This document shows positions 13,552-27,348 of a stretch of 64,000 nt of DNA, one piece after another. Both the position numbers and the translations under genes were made by a program. Under the pieces are notes generated by a model. It was not told where the DNA came from, ran no database searches, and saw only the letters and a program-made list of their open reading frames with translations. The DNA is taken from the NCBI GenBank assembly GCA_964016885.1, contig OZ024759.1, positions 17,794,001 to 17,858,000 of the forward strand, given 5' to 3'. Source of the DNA: Eledone cirrhosa (taxonomy: Eukaryota). Numbering within the stretch: position 1 is the first letter of the stretch; each line of letters starts with the position of its first letter.

Positions 13552-14683
13552 CTAGAGAAGAAATTCCAAACTTGGAAGCAAGGGTCTCAAAGTCAACCTG
13601 ACAAAGACTAAGGTCCTTGTAAATAGACGAAAAAACAGAACCCAGATCCCCTCAGGGAAATGGCTTTGCTCAGTATGTAGGAAAGGTGTAGGTAGGAACT
13701 CCATTCTCTGCCTCAAATGCAAACAATGGGTACACAAGAGATGTAGTGGGATCTCAGGAAGCTTAACTAAGAATGTAGGCTTCACATGTAGCAGCTGTGC
13801 TGGGACAGCTAGCAGCAAACAGCCACAGGAAAGAAGTACCATCAAACTCTGGGAGGGCTCTGTAGAAACAGTAGACAGCTTCTGCTACCTAGGTGACCGG
13901 ATTTAGCAGCGGAGGTGGATGTTCGGAAAGTACAATAACTAGGGGAAGAACGGGATGGGAGAAGTTCAGGGAGCTACTGCCACTGCTAGCTGCAAAAGGC
14001 TTTTCCCTCAAAATGAAAGGCAGACTGTATGATGCGTGTATACAAACAGCAATGTTACATGGTAGTGAAACCTGGGCGCTGTCTGTGTAAGACTTGCGTA
14101 GATTAGAAAGAAACGAAGCCTGCATGCTCCGATGGATGTGTAATAGTAATATACGCGAACGGCAAAGCATAAACGAATTGAGAGAGAGACACAGCATAAG
14201 AGGAATCAAATGCTGTGTGCAGGAGAGGCGGTTGCGTTGGTATGGACATTTGATGCATATGAAGTTGCTGGAAACCGCGGAGTGGGGAGATCCAAGAAGA
14301 CCTCGGATAAGGTAATAAAAGCCGACCTTAACCAATTACACCTCTCAAAGGCGATGACACACAACCATGACCTCTGGCGTCACGCAGTAATACAGAAGAC
14401 CTGACCCCCCATGGGTTCAAGCTGAAGCTGAAGCATATAGACAATATGCCTCCACACCCTCCCACTGCAAAGTGGTCGTGGAGGTGCCACGGTAAAATAG
14501 CACCCAAGACTCACTGTAAATGAGGTTGGTGTTAGGAACGGCATCCAGCTGTAGAAATCAAGCCAGAATCAGTTCCCGTATGAGCAAAACATGGTCAGCC
14601 GACCGGCTACTTCCCACAACAGGACAACCCGTCTAACCCATGGTAGTGTGGAAGAACGGACATAAAATGGTGATGATGATGAT
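13552..14683 (+). mobile_element. 5'-truncated RTE LINE (family A), disrupted ORF plus 3'UTR
   Basis: LKVNLTKTKV, CSVCRKGVGRNSILCLKCKQWVHKRC, KGRLYDACIQTAMLHGSETW, RRLERNEACMLRWMC, ERRLRWYGH; stops and deletions; (GAT)n tail. Confidence 0.9.
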
Positions 14684-14768
14684 TCGGTTTGCTTACAAGT
14701 AAATCTCATAAAACACCACATGGTAGATGAACAACTTCATCCTTTTCTTCCAGCAATAGCTGAAAGAA

Positions 14769-14812
<44 letters not shown>

Positions 14813-14989
14813 TATATAATATTAAGGATGCTATTTATGGTTATGTATATACTAAAACTGTTTATAGTTATGTATATTTTAAACCCTAAACAGTGAAGGT
14901 CAGTAATTTATTACTACCTTATTACCAGTAAGATAAATAGCTCAATGTAATAACATCAGTTGTTCTACAGAGCAGTTATATAGGATTCT

Positions 14990-15135
14990 ATATATATATA
15001 TATATATTACATAACTAAGCTTCTATATATATATATATATATATATTACATAACTAAGCTTCTATATATATATATATTACATAACTAAGCTTCTATATAT
15101 ATATATATATATATATATATTACATAACTAAGCTC
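14990..15135. repeat. Tandem units (TA)n-TTACATAACTAAGCT x4
   Basis: Four copies of ttacataactaagct separated by TA runs. Confidence 0.85.
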
Positions 15136-15524
15136 TGTTACCTACATAGAGCACTCTTTTTTCCTGGACTTTTCCGACGGAATTACTTCATTCATACATA
15201 TATCTATATATATGGTTCCATAACACCTGATAGAGTCATAGGGGCACTGTATTGACATACACCATTTCTTGGGGATTTTAAGCCTAGCAGAGTCCACCCC
15301 TCTCCGGGCCTGAGTAAAGCAGATTTCTTTCAGAGAAAGATAGAAATTGAGAGAGATGAATAGAGGAAGAATCGACCCCCAGTACTAGACAGATACTTTT
15401 TTTATCAACGTAAGTAGATACAACAGAAACTCCTTTATCAAAGGAGGAGAGGGAAAGTTGAACTCTGCGGGATTTGAACTCAGAGAGCCGGACTGAGACT
15501 TGGACACTGACCAAGAAACTCACT

Positions 15525-15884
15525 CAGATGGTGGATGGGTGCTACACGAGAATGCTGAGGATGGCTCTGAACATTAATCAGTATACACTGAGGATGAAAA
15601 CACAGAGCTGTATGGGCGCCTCCCAAAAGTCAGCTCAAAAGTGACACGGAGGAGACTGAGGTTAGCTGGACATGCTCACCGACATCCAGAGTTGACATTG
15701 CGCTCAGTGCTCCCGTGGGAGCCCCAACATGGACACACTGGAAGAGGAAGACCAAGGTTAACGTATGTTGATGCCCTAAGGACAGACACTGGTCAGTTGG
15801 AGACGCAGGACATGGCAGCGATAATGAGGGACAGAGACCGCTGGAGAGAACTCATCCATGGATCTCGGGAATTTTACCCGCCCT

Positions 15885-15885
<1 letters not shown>
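15525..15885 (+). mobile_element. RTE-like LINE ORF 3' fragment (family D)
   Basis: DGCYTRMLRMALNI...RRRLRLAGHAHRHPE...WEPQHG..GRGRPRLTYVDAL. Confidence 0.8.
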
Positions 15886-15911
<26 letters not shown>

Positions 15912-15918
<7 letters not shown>

Positions 15919-16101
15919 GTTTCTACTTTAGGCACAAGGCCAGCAATTACCAGTGCATTACTGGTACTTTATTTTATCGACCCCGTAAGGATGAAAGGCA
16001 AAGTCAACCTCGGCGGGATTTGAACTCAGATGGTAAAGGGACGTAACTATGCTGGAAAGCATGGCGTCCGACCCTCTACCGATACTGCCAATCCACCGCC
16101 C
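15912..16101 (-). mobile_element. SINE S1, full length
   Basis: Near-identical to 10712 and 16272 copies. Confidence 0.9.
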
Positions 16102-16127
16102 TTATTTCCTTCATTATATATATATAT

Positions 16128-16245
16128 ATAATGAAGGAAATGTGGTAACGAAGCAGATGGACCATAACACACCAAAGTACTCAATACTTAGAATTAGCCG
16201 TCGAAACGGCTTGAGCTCTTCTGTCAGGGTCATACTTGTTCCTAT
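16128..16245. mobile_element. Family H3 cassette, rearranged (minus-strand tail plus plus-strand HHR 3' half)
   Basis: aatgaaggaaatgtggtaa...gtactcaatactta then gaattagccgtcGAAAcggcttgagctc...gttcctat(TA)n. Confidence 0.65.
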
Positions 16246-16271
16246 ATATATATATATATACACACACATAA

Positions 16272-16460
16272 ATAATTGTTTCTACTTTAGGCACAAGGCC
16301 AGCAATTATACAGTGCATTACTGGTACTTTATTTTATCGACCCCGAAAGGATGAAAGGCAAAGTCAACCTCGGCGGGATTTGAACTCAGATCGTAAAGGG
16401 ACGTAACTATGCTGGAAAGCATGGCGTCCGACCCTCTACCGATACTGCCAATCCACCGCC
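16272..16460 (-). mobile_element. SINE S1, full length, with TSD
   Basis: TSD CACATAAATAAT at 16265 and 16461. Confidence 0.9.
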
Positions 16461-16748
16461 CACATAAATAATGAATCAAAACATATCAAATATGTTTAGA
16501 ATTTTGTGTTTCTAAATAAGCAAGCTGGATAGCTCTGCCTCAAGTAATCTCATCCAACCCATGCCAGCATGGAAAACTGGATATAAAAACAATGATGATA
16601 TTATATATATCCCTTGTCATATGCTCTGACTACTTCAATTACTTAGCTAACAATAAATACACCTATGCCACCTACCCCTGCAACCATACACACCCACACA
16701 TCTATATCCACCACCCAGAAGAATGTAACATATACATAAGTATATAGG

Positions 16749-16781
<33 letters not shown>

Positions 16782-16858
16782 ATTATGCATATAGATATGA
16801 ATATATGTGTGGCTATATATATATATATAATATGCATGTATGTATGAATGTATGTGGC

Positions 16859-16889
<31 letters not shown>

Positions 16890-16937
16890 ATGCCTATATG
16901 TGTGTGAATATATATATATATATGCATGTATGTTATG

Positions 16938-16968
<31 letters not shown>

Positions 16969-16998
16969 ATATCTATATAAATATATATAGATACACAC

Positions 16999-17056
<58 letters not shown>

Positions 17057-17090
17057 ATATATATATATGTATATATACATATATGTATGT

Positions 17091-17148
<58 letters not shown>

Positions 17149-17667
17149 GAGCGCACAGGTTTGTGGGGCTGGGTATGTAATTGTCCATAAGTTTCAAATA
17201 TTTCCAATTCCATCTCCTAATATCATCTTATAAGCCTTTCCTCTCTTTCATGTCATTGTGGAGAATTCCTGAATCGGAGAATTCCATATATTGTTTAGAG
17301 TTGCTGTCATTTCTAGCTTTATTTCACATTATCTTCAATATATGTGTGTATGTATGTGTATATATGTGTCTGTATGAGTATATATGTGTCTGTATGAGTA
17401 TATGTGTATGTTTCTGTATATATATATATATGTGTGTTTGTGTATGTGTATTTGTGTGTGTCTGTATGTATAGGTGTTGGCGTATGTGTCTCTGTATTTG
17501 TATGTGTGTCTGTATGTATATGTGTCTGTATGAATGTGGGATGAGTCTCTGTGTATATGTGTGTGGGGGCATGTGTGTCTGTACGTGTATTTCTGTATGT
17601 GTGGACTTGTGTGTTTGTGCGAGTGTGTGAGTAAGCATATTTGTGTGTAGTGTGTTTTTTTCTGTGT

Positions 17668-18178
17668 GCATCATCATCATCATCATCATCACCGTTTTTA
17701 CGCCCGTTCTTCCACGTTAGCATGGGTTGGACGGGTTGTCCTGTTGTGGGCAGTATCCGGTCGGCTCACCTTGTCTTGCTCATACGGGAACTGATTCTGG
17801 CTTGATTTCTACAGCTGGATGCCCTTCCTAACACCAACCTCATTTACAGTGAGTGCTGGGTGCTTTTTTGGCCGTGGCACCTCCACGACCACTTTGCAGT
17901 GGGAGGGTGTGGGGTCATATTGTCTATATGCTTCAGCTTCGGCTTCTACCCGTGGGGGATCGGTTCTTCTGTATTACTGCGTGACGCCAGAGGTGACAGT
18001 CGTGTGTCATCACCTTTGAGAGGTGTAATTAATTAAGGTCGGCTTTTATCACCTCATCCCAGGTCTTCTTGGGTCTCCCCACTCCACAGCTGCCATCGAC
18101 TTCTAGTGCTCTGCACCTTTTTATGCAGCTGTCATCCTTCATATGCATCACATGTCCATACCCACGCAACCTCCTCAT
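17668..18178 (-). mobile_element. RTE LINE family A 3' end
   Basis: RRLRGYGHVMHMKDDSCIKRCRALEVDG..GVGRPKKTWDEVIKADL; (CAT)n tail on plus strand. Confidence 0.88.
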
Positions 18179-18179
18179 A

Positions 18180-19083
18180 TGGGTGTGAATGCATGTGTGT
18201 GTGAGCAAGTGTGTATGTGTGAGAATATTTATGGGTTTATTTCTGTGTATATGCATACATATGAGTGTGTATGTGTGTGAATGTATTGGTGGAGGTGTGT
18301 GTGTAAGTGAATGTGTAATTGAATACATGTTGGTGTGTGTTCATGTGTGTAGTTGTGTGTTTTTCTGTGTGTATGTGTGCATATGAATGTATCGGCATTG
18401 GTGTGTGTGTATGGACCTGTGCAAGTGAATACATAGAGGTGTGTGTTCATGTGTGTGTGTGTGTGTGTGTGTGTGTATCTATATGTGCATATATATGTGT
18501 GTTTCTGTATGTACATGTATGTGTGTGTATGTATCTATATGTGTTTCTGTATGTGCATGTATGTGTGTGTGTCTGTATGTTCATTATATGTGTGTGCCTG
18601 TATGTTCTTGTATGTTTTTGTTCATGTGTGCATGTATGTGTGTGTCTGCATGCATGTGTGTGTGTCTGTATTTTCTTGAATGTAGGTGCTTGTATGTGTG
18701 CATGTACGTGTATGTATGTATGGGTGTGTGTCTGTATTATGGGTGTGTATGGGTGTGTATGTATATGTGTGTGTGTCTGCTTGTATTACGGGTGTGTATG
18801 TATGTGTGTGTGTGTATTATGGGTGTGTATGTATGTGTGTATCTGCCTGTATTATGGGTATGTATGTGCATGTTAGTGCACGTATGTATGATGGGTATGT
18901 ATGCATGTGCATGTATGTATGTGTGTGTGCCTGTATTATGGGTGTGTATTCATGTGCATGTATGTATGTGAGTGTGTATGTATGTGTCTGTGTGTGACTG
19001 TATCTTGTTGTATGTGGGTGTTCATTTGTGTGCATGTATGTGTTTATATGTATGCATATGTATGTGTGTGTATCTACGTGTAA

Positions 19084-19120
<37 letters not shown>
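18180..19120. repeat. Degenerate (TG/TA)n low-complexity tract
   Basis: gtgtgtatgt mosaic. Confidence 0.9.
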
Positions 19121-19429
19121 ATGTAACTGACAGAAACACTGATATCATCTCATATCATCTATTATATAAGCGATATCTCCATATCCGTATATTCCATAAT
19201 TGTATTCTGACTATCTTCCAATATCTTTCAGTTATCAATAGATACACTACAGCTTTATAATGTTTGGATACTACTCAAAGATGTTGTATGTTTGCGCTAT
19301 TGAACACTTATTCCTGTGTGTGTGGGGGGGTTTAGAATCCTTAATCTCACCTTCCAACAAGCCCTGTCGTAAGCAACTGTCTCCAATAGTTCACGTTAGA
19401 TTCCTAAGTCTTCTTCGTGTCGTGTCCAC

Positions 19430-20090
19430 AAGAGTGTCTGTTAAAAAGCTTGGCTAGATGTGGTTCCGCCACAGCTGAACACATTGCTGTCCTTTCTCAT
19501 TAAACTCTGCCTTGTGCAGAGGTGTTCCAGCAGGGGGAATATTAGGAGGTGCTGCATAGTCTGTGGTTCGATGCTGTAGTCACACATAACATCCTCATCC
19601 TTTAAATATCCCCATTTTGCAAGAGTGACTTTTACATGTACAGTACAGTAGTTAGTATTAGTTGCTATCAGACATAGTGTATCTAGGATCTAGGACTATA
19701 TTATCTAATGTACAGTTCTTCTTGTCATGTTCGCAAGTGTGTCAGTTACAAAGTTTGGCTAGATGTGATTCCACCACAGCTGAACGCATTGCTGTCCTTT
19801 CTCATTAAGCTCTGCCTAGTCCAATGCTGTGCAGGGGTGTTCCAGCAGAGGGCATATCATGAGGTGCTGCATAGTTTATCCTGCAGTCACACACAACATC
19901 ACCATCCGTTAAATATCCCCATTTTGCAAGATTGACTTTTGTATGTCCAACACCAGATCTTAGTCTGTTGAGGCATTTCCACACTGCATAGTTTATATCT
20001 TCTCCAGGAAGCAGTGTTTTGCTCGCTTTTAGCTCATGGATGTTATCCATCCGTCTTGCTCAGGATCTACCCATTGGCCTCCTGCTGGTT
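19430..20090 (-). mobile_element. LINE ORF2 C-terminal Cys/His region, partly duplicated in tandem
   Basis: WKCLNRLRSGVGHTKVNLAKWGY...CDC; 19450-19635 duplicates 19755-19945. Confidence 0.7.
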
Positions 20091-21098
20091 GAATATACCT
20101 TTAATTAAGTATGACAATTTTTGGCTTTATTAGCCTAAACTTGAATCACCCTTTGTTGATTTCAACAATGATTGTTCCAGATAGTTTAGGATAGTAGACA
20201 GGTAGGTAGGTAGCTAGATAAGTAAGGGAAAAAACGATGAAAGCTCCAGTTGTTTGTTTGATAAATGGAACAGCCTGCTCATGAAATTGTGTAAGTGGCT
20301 GAGCATTCCACAGATACATGTACACTTAAGGTAATTATGTTCTCTCTATCTTGCCCTTTCCTTTCAATTAACCCCTTGTATTTTAGTGGCTTTTTGCCTT
20401 GCTTGGAATTATATTCACCCTTTCTTGTCCTTCTCTCTTCTCAGTAACCCCTTATATTTTAGTGGCTGTATCAATTTGGGTTTGATTACTAGATACATTT
20501 TAGTACAGGACCAGCTATTTTGGGAGGAAGGGAAAATCTTTGTGGTATTTGTTCAGATTCTCTGTGCTTTGAGTTCAAATTCTTCTGAAGACAACTTTGC
20601 CTTTCATACTTTCGAGGTTGTCAAAAATATTACCAGTTATATACTGGGATCAATTCTTCCTTTATATCTTTTTCTTACTTCCCCACTATCACTCTCTTTC
20701 ACTCTTCCTGAAAAAAAAAAAAAATGGCTGTGTTCAGATCTGGAGACGGAGTGGGCTTCATCAGGATTTAGGGGTCATGCATATGTAATTGACTGGTACA
20801 TTATTTTATCAACTCTGGAAGGATGAAAAACAAAGTTGACCTCAGCAGGATTTGAACTCAGAACCTGTAGGTGCATAACTATACAAGCATTTTGTCTCAT
20901 GCTCTGCTGATTCTGCCAATCCATCATCCTTCTGCAAGTAATAGTATTGATTTCTCAGAACCTATAGGACCATAACTATTCAAAGCATTTTGTCTCATGC
21001 TCTACTGATTCTGCCAATCCATCATCCTTCAGCATTTCGTAGTATTGATTTCTAATTTAGGCACAAGGTCAGCAGATTTTGGAGAAGGGAATAGCTGA

Positions 21099-21327
21099 TT
21101 GACCCTTTAGCATTTACATTACTCTATATATATACTATTGTATTTTTATGGTAAAAGTTTTATTTCACAATTATCTTACATAATATTGAATCTATGAGAT
21201 TTTGATATTATTAATTTTGAGAACAATACCTTAACATCAATATGAGTGTTTGGTTACAGCCAATTTGAACAGAAAGAGCTGAGAGAATTCTGACTGGATA
21301 TGACCGGTTTAAATGCTAAAGGGTTAA
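21099..21327. mobile_element. piggyBac-like MITE copy
   Basis: ttga-ccctttagcatt ... aatgctaaaggg-ttaa. Confidence 0.8.
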
Positions 21328-21721
21328 ATTATTCCCAGTACTTGTCAGGTTCTTTATTTTATTGACATCAGAAGTTGACCTTGGCTGGAAATAAACACAG
21401 AACTATAACTTATGTTTCGACAAGAGATATATTTTTTAAAATGCACAACAATATTACTTGTTTTGATACGTTCTGGCTTCCCTCCCATCTTTCTGCATCA
21501 TTTTGATGTTTAAATTTATTGATATTCTTTTTAAAAACATTTTTATTTGTATTTTCATTTCAAACAAAAGCATGTAATGTTTTTTTTATGAGGAAAAATG
21601 TTAAGATTTTCAAGAAAAGATTATATATAGACGTGAAAAAAAAGAAAAAGAATAGAAGGAAAACTAATGTTGAAAATGACAAAATATAAAAGTATAGATT
21701 TTGGCTTGAATCTTATATATG

Positions 21722-21921
21722 AATGGTGTGTGTGTAGAAGGAAGACACAGTAGAGGAAGACCATGAAAATCATGGGCGTAGATGGTGAAAACTGACCTCA
21801 GATTGCTGAAGCTCACAGATGAGATGACGAAAGACCATGACGAAAGGAGAGATGCTGTGCTGAAGAGGACCCATCCCACCCTTGCAAGCAGGGAAAAGCG
21901 GATGTAAAATGATGATGATGA
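21722..21921 (+). mobile_element. RTE family B 3' end
   Basis: agaggaagacc...gacctcagattgctgaagctcac...cccttgcaagcagggaaaagcggatgtaaaatgatgatg. Confidence 0.75.
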
Positions 21922-22393
21922 TATATAATAATTGTTTCTACTTTTGGCACAAGGCCAGCAAATACCCAGTACATTACTGGTACTTTATTTTATCGATCCT
22001 GTATATATACAAAATAGCTGAAATAGTTTCTTTTTTTCACATCTGCTGGCCAAACTCTGTCTCGTGCACCCTCATCGCAACTCTAGTTCCACCAAATTGG
22101 GTTAGATATGAAAGCAAGAGCTCTGCACTATAACTTCATTGTTTTTCTTAATGTATATATTGCATCATGTGTTAATTTCTCCCTCCCTCTGTCTCTCGAG
22201 ATATCTTCACTTTCTATGAAAGAAACAGCCTTTTTTTCTGAGGTTCCTCTTTATAAATTGTATCAAACTCACAGTGATGATGCATTTTTATTGTGCAAAA
22301 TACATTGCATACGGATCAGCAAATCTTCAGTTGGGACTTTGAAGAAAAAATAGGTATATTTTTGTCTATTATTTCCTCATATTTTGTAATTTG

Positions 22394-22461
<68 letters not shown>

Positions 22462-22514
22462 GTAAGTATGTATGTATACGTACATACATATATGTATACA
22501 GACGTACAGTAGCA

Positions 22515-22554
<40 letters not shown>

Positions 22555-22729
22555 TATACACATATGCATACAGGTACACATACATATATGCACGCATCAG
22601 TTTAGCCTACGTTTATTATAACGCCGGCCGCTTTGTTCGTTTGTTTGTCAACAAAGCGAACAGCCTGAATTTATGCCATACGGTGTTAAGGCAACCACGT
22701 CACCTTTTTGTTCAACACTGACACAGGAA

Positions 22730-22770
22730 CGATGTACTAGTTTCAAGCTTGTTAGCTATCATCAGCACCG
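22730..22770 (-). ncRNA. Minimal type I hammerhead ribozyme motif, intact core
   Basis: Minus strand CGGTG-CTGATGA-T AGCT AACA AGCT T-GAAA-CTA-GTA^-CATCG; palindromic ACTAGT stem III. Confidence 0.8.
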
Positions 22771-23102
22771 TTTACCCATCTGCCAGATAGTTGAACGTTC
22801 GAAAGTATATACTTTCCTTATGAAAATTAACGGCTGAGCAGCCTAATTTGCATATTGAGTGAGTTAAATCGGTCAGGCATACCGAAAACGATATATATAT
22901 ATATATATATATATATAAACATATATACTCATACATGTATGCATGCATAAAAAATAGGTACATTTTTGTCTATTATTTCCTCATATTTTGTAATTTGATA
23001 TGTATGTATATATATATATATAAACATATATACTCATACATGTATGCATGCATAAAAAATAGGTACATTTTTGTCTATTATTTCCTCATATTTTGTAATT
23101 TG

Positions 23103-23154
<52 letters not shown>

Positions 23155-23916
23155 ATATATACTCATACATGTATGACTAGATGTGTGTTTACATTTCTAT
23201 CTAAGCTTATGTCTCATAAATTAGTACTGTGATAAGTAGAAATCAATAATATGAGTATGAAGCTTGGATATAAATGAGTACTGGGGTTAACATGATTGAC
23301 TAAACCCTTTGAAAGTTGTGCCCCAGCATGGACACAGCCCCTTGACTGAAATCAGTAAAAGAATACAGACTCTTAGCTCATTTTCTTTCTTGTTCCTTCT
23401 CCAAATTGAATCTGTTGAATGTATTGATGGAAAATTGGGTGTTCTGTAACAGATAGAAAAAAAATACATGAAGTTCATATATTGTTTTTGTCTAAAGATT
23501 TGCTATTTCTAAGCCTTTCTGTACACTGCTTTCGATACTGGAAGCTTTTGTGCCTGTGGGCAAATCTATGAAAATTTAATAAAGCTTTTCTTTATAAAGG
23601 ACGCAATCTTACAATGTCCAGCTAACAAGAATCATGTGACTTGATGGTGGTAGATGAAGACTTGATGAAACATTATGTACACATGTATACACACACTCAC
23701 ACCCCCACACACATATAGATATATATACGCACATATACAATATACATACACACTGTGCAATCACACTGCACACATCCCGTATATATGCATATATATATAT
23801 ATATATATGCATATATACGGGTGTGTGTGTATGCACTCACACTGCATGCACCTGCATATATGCACAAACCAATACACATATATATATATATATATAGGTT
23901 GTATATCTTCCTGGCA

Positions 23917-23974
<58 letters not shown>

Positions 23975-24239
23975 TGCCAGGAAGATATACAACTTATGAA
24001 TGAAATACTTAAGTGGAAATTATCGATAGTATTACACAAAGAAAATAGACAATAATACATGTTCAATAGAAGCTTTATTGAATGGTAAATCTCTGTTGCG
24101 TTGTGCTATTGGATGATTTCAAGTGTACCATGTGGAATATATTTTTGAAAGGGTCCTTGCTTAACCATTTATTTCTCTACCAACTAACCTCTGTACCAAC
24201 TGACCACTCTACTAACTGATGAAAGGTTCTAAATTCCTT

Positions 24240-24271
<32 letters not shown>

Positions 24272-24476
24272 GATAGTAGTAGTAGTAGCAGCAGCAGTAG
24301 TAGTGAAAGGGTCAAATTTCTAATAGTAGTGGTAGTAGTAGTAGTGAAAGTGTCAAATTCTTAGTAGTAGTAGTAGTAGCAGCAGCAGCAGCGGTAGTGA
24401 AAAGCTCAAGTTCCTTGTAGTAGTAGTAGTAGTGAAAGGGTCAAATTCCTAGTAGTAGTAGCAGCAGTAATAGTAG

Positions 24477-25058
24477 TACTGTGTTTCCCCTATTATAAGA
24501 CAGGCCTTATATTATTTTCCCCTAGAAAACAAAGGGACTAGAGCTAATTTTCAGAGCTAGTGTTTATAATTTTACACAAAAAATAACAGCACAAGAGTTT
24601 TGATAAAAACATCATTATACTGTCAAATTATAAAAATAAAACATTATAGAGCTAAAATCAATAACATTTAAAGAATTTATTATATTAGTAATGAGCAAGA
24701 CTCTAGAAATCTGTGTTTCATATTTTTTATATGAATTTTTCTTGCAAAAATGTACTAGGGTTTATTTTGGGGGTAAGGCCTATATAAGACAACATAAAAA
24801 TCATACTAGGGTTTATTTTGGGGGTAAGGCCTATATAAGACAACATAAAAATGCTACTAGGGTTTATTTTTGGGGTAAGGCTTATATTAGACAACATAAA
24901 AATCATACTAGGGTTTATTTTCGGGGTAAGGCTTATATATAAGACATCATAAAAATCATACTAAGGTTTATTTTGGGGTTAAGGCCTATATAAGACAACA
25001 TAAAAATCATACTAGGGTTTATTTTTGGAGTAGGTCTTACAATAGGGGTGACACAGTA
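24477..25058. mobile_element. pogo/Tigger-like MITE with internal 51-bp tandem repeats
   Basis: TA-CTGTGTTTCCCCTATTATAAGAC ... GTCTTACAATAGGGGTGACACAG-TA; five or more repeats of tactagggtttattttgggggtaaggcctatataagacaacataaaaatca at 24753-25030; inserted in a (TAG)n composite repeat. Confidence 0.8.
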
Positions 25059-25939
25059 GTAGCAGTAGAGAAAGGGTCAAATTCCTAGTAGTAGTAGCAG
25101 CAGTAGCAGTTGTGAAAGGGTCAAATTCCTTGTAGTAGTAGTAGCAGTTGTGAAAGGGTCAAATTCTTTGTAGTAGTAATATTAGTAGTAGTATATTAAT
25201 TTATAATTCTACAAAGTTAACTGTCTTTAATACATAAACATGATCGGGGTATTATGTAAGTTAAAACCAACATTTTTTAGCCAAGTTGGCTTGTATCCTG
25301 CCAAAATGAGATTTTGGCTTAAGTTTAATATGTATATATATATATCATCATCATCACCATCATCATCATACATCCACTTTTCCATGCTTGCAAGGGTGGG
25401 TATATATAAATATATATTATAAAAGAGAAATGGTTTTAAGTGTACATCTATTAATTAAATAATCCTGTTATACGTATTTCAAAGACATTAAAGTGATTGC
25501 ATGACAACCCTTTCACATGTTTTCATCAGACTGCTGCTAAGTTGTAATGATTTTGTGTTTTATATACTCATCACCGTAATCAACATCCTTTCTGTATATA
25601 TTAGCTATGCAAGAAGAAAAGAATACAATACAAAACAAAGACCATCCTTGTGTTCTAACAAAGCAATAGACAAGGACAATGAGAAGTAATCTTACACATT
25701 ATATTCTTATATTCCTATATATATAGGATAACGAGGTATCGTTTAAGGTAATCCAGCTAGAGGTATGAACTGTAATTAAGGTTGAATGACGTAACTTCTA
25801 ACGATCAGCGGCTTTTAGACTCACCTGATTAAAGAAACAATTGTTAATACTGTAAATAAACCCTTTTTTGTACAGCCAACCATGTTATTCTTCATTCTTT
25901 TGCTACATATATATATTATTATATATATATATAAATATT

Positions 25940-25982
<43 letters not shown>

Positions 25983-25992
25983 GTGCGTGTGT

Positions 25993-27054
25993 ATCATCAT
26001 AATCATCCTTGTTGACATCCACTTTCCACGCTAGCATGGGTTAGACGGGAGTTGTCCCACTTGAGGCAAGATTGGTCGGGTGACCGTGCCTCGCTCATAT
26101 AGGACTGTCTGGCAGGTTTTCTATAGCTGGATGCCCTTCCTAACACCAACCACATTTACAGTGTGGAACTGGGAACTTTTTACCGTGTTACCTACACGAG
26201 CACATTACAGCGTGGACTGTGTGTTTTTTCTCGTGACACCTACACGATCTCGATCTCGATCTCATTTATCTCATTTATTTGGACTGGATGTTGTGGTACC
26301 AATTTTATAGAGAGGAGGTGGTGTTGGTGGGAGTTGGAGAATAGGGTAGGGGTAGTGGATTGGGGTGTATATTTGGTTAAGAGGTGCCTACTGACTGTAG
26401 GTTTCGCTTTGTACATAGGCAAGGCGGGTCTTCTGTATTACTGCGTTGCGCCAAAGATCTCGGTCCAGTGACATTGTCTTAGAGAGGTGCAAGTGTGTAA
26501 GATCGGAATTTATCAGATCGTCCCAGGTTTTTCTGGGTCTACCTACTCCGTAACTACCATCAATTTTGATCGTCCTGCACTTTTTTATACAGCTATCGTC
26601 TTTCCTGCACATCACGTGGCCATACCAACGTAGTCTTCTCTCAAGTAAACAGCATCTGATCCCTCTTATTCCTAATTTCTCACTTAGTTCATTTATGCTT
26701 TGCCGTTCACGTATATTACTAGTACACATCCAATGGAGCATGCATGCTTCGTTTCTTTATAGTCTGTGCAGGTCCTCTGCATGTAATGCCCATGTCTCAC
26801 TGCCATGTAGCATTGCTGTTCATATACAGGCATCATACAATCTGCCTTTCATTTTTAGAGAGAAACCTTTTGTGGCCAACATCAGTATAAGCTCTCTGAA
26901 CTTTTTCCATCCCGTTCTGACATCGGCCACATATAAAGTCTATGTTCTTAGATAGTTTACCTGTGATCCCACTACATCTTTTATGTACCCATACTTTGCA
27001 TTTGGGACATAAAATTGAATTTCTGCCTACTCCTTTCCTACACACTGAGCAAGT
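25993..27054 (-). mobile_element. RTE LINE family A2, 5'-truncated
   Basis: CRKGVGRNSILCPKCKVWVHKRC; MLHWMC...LLERRLRWYGHV...GRPRKTWDDLI; 3'UTR and tail. Confidence 0.88.
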
Positions 27055-27133
27055 GTATTTATATATGTATGTGTATATATGTATGTGTGTGTGTATATAT
27101 ATATATAAGAAATATTACTATATATATATATAT

Positions 27134-27348
27134 ATAGGAACGAGTAGGACCCCGACGGCTGAGCTCAAGCCGTTTCGACGGCTAATTCTGGACTAAAATA
27201 ATATTTTAGTCCAGAATTAGCCGTCGTAATGGCTTGAGCTCAGCCGTCGGGGTCCTACTCGTTCCTATTACTCACTCTACTACCCTAAGTATTGAGTACT
27301 TTGGTGCATTATGGTCCATCTGGTTCCTTACCACATTTCCTTCGTTAT
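27134..27348 (+). mobile_element. Family H3 cassette: 67-bp-arm palindrome containing the HHR 3' half plus tail
   Basis: Palindrome centred at 27201; GAAA-CGGCT-TGAGCTC-AGCC-GTC^GGGGTCC on the minus arm; (TA)n flanks. Confidence 0.75.
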
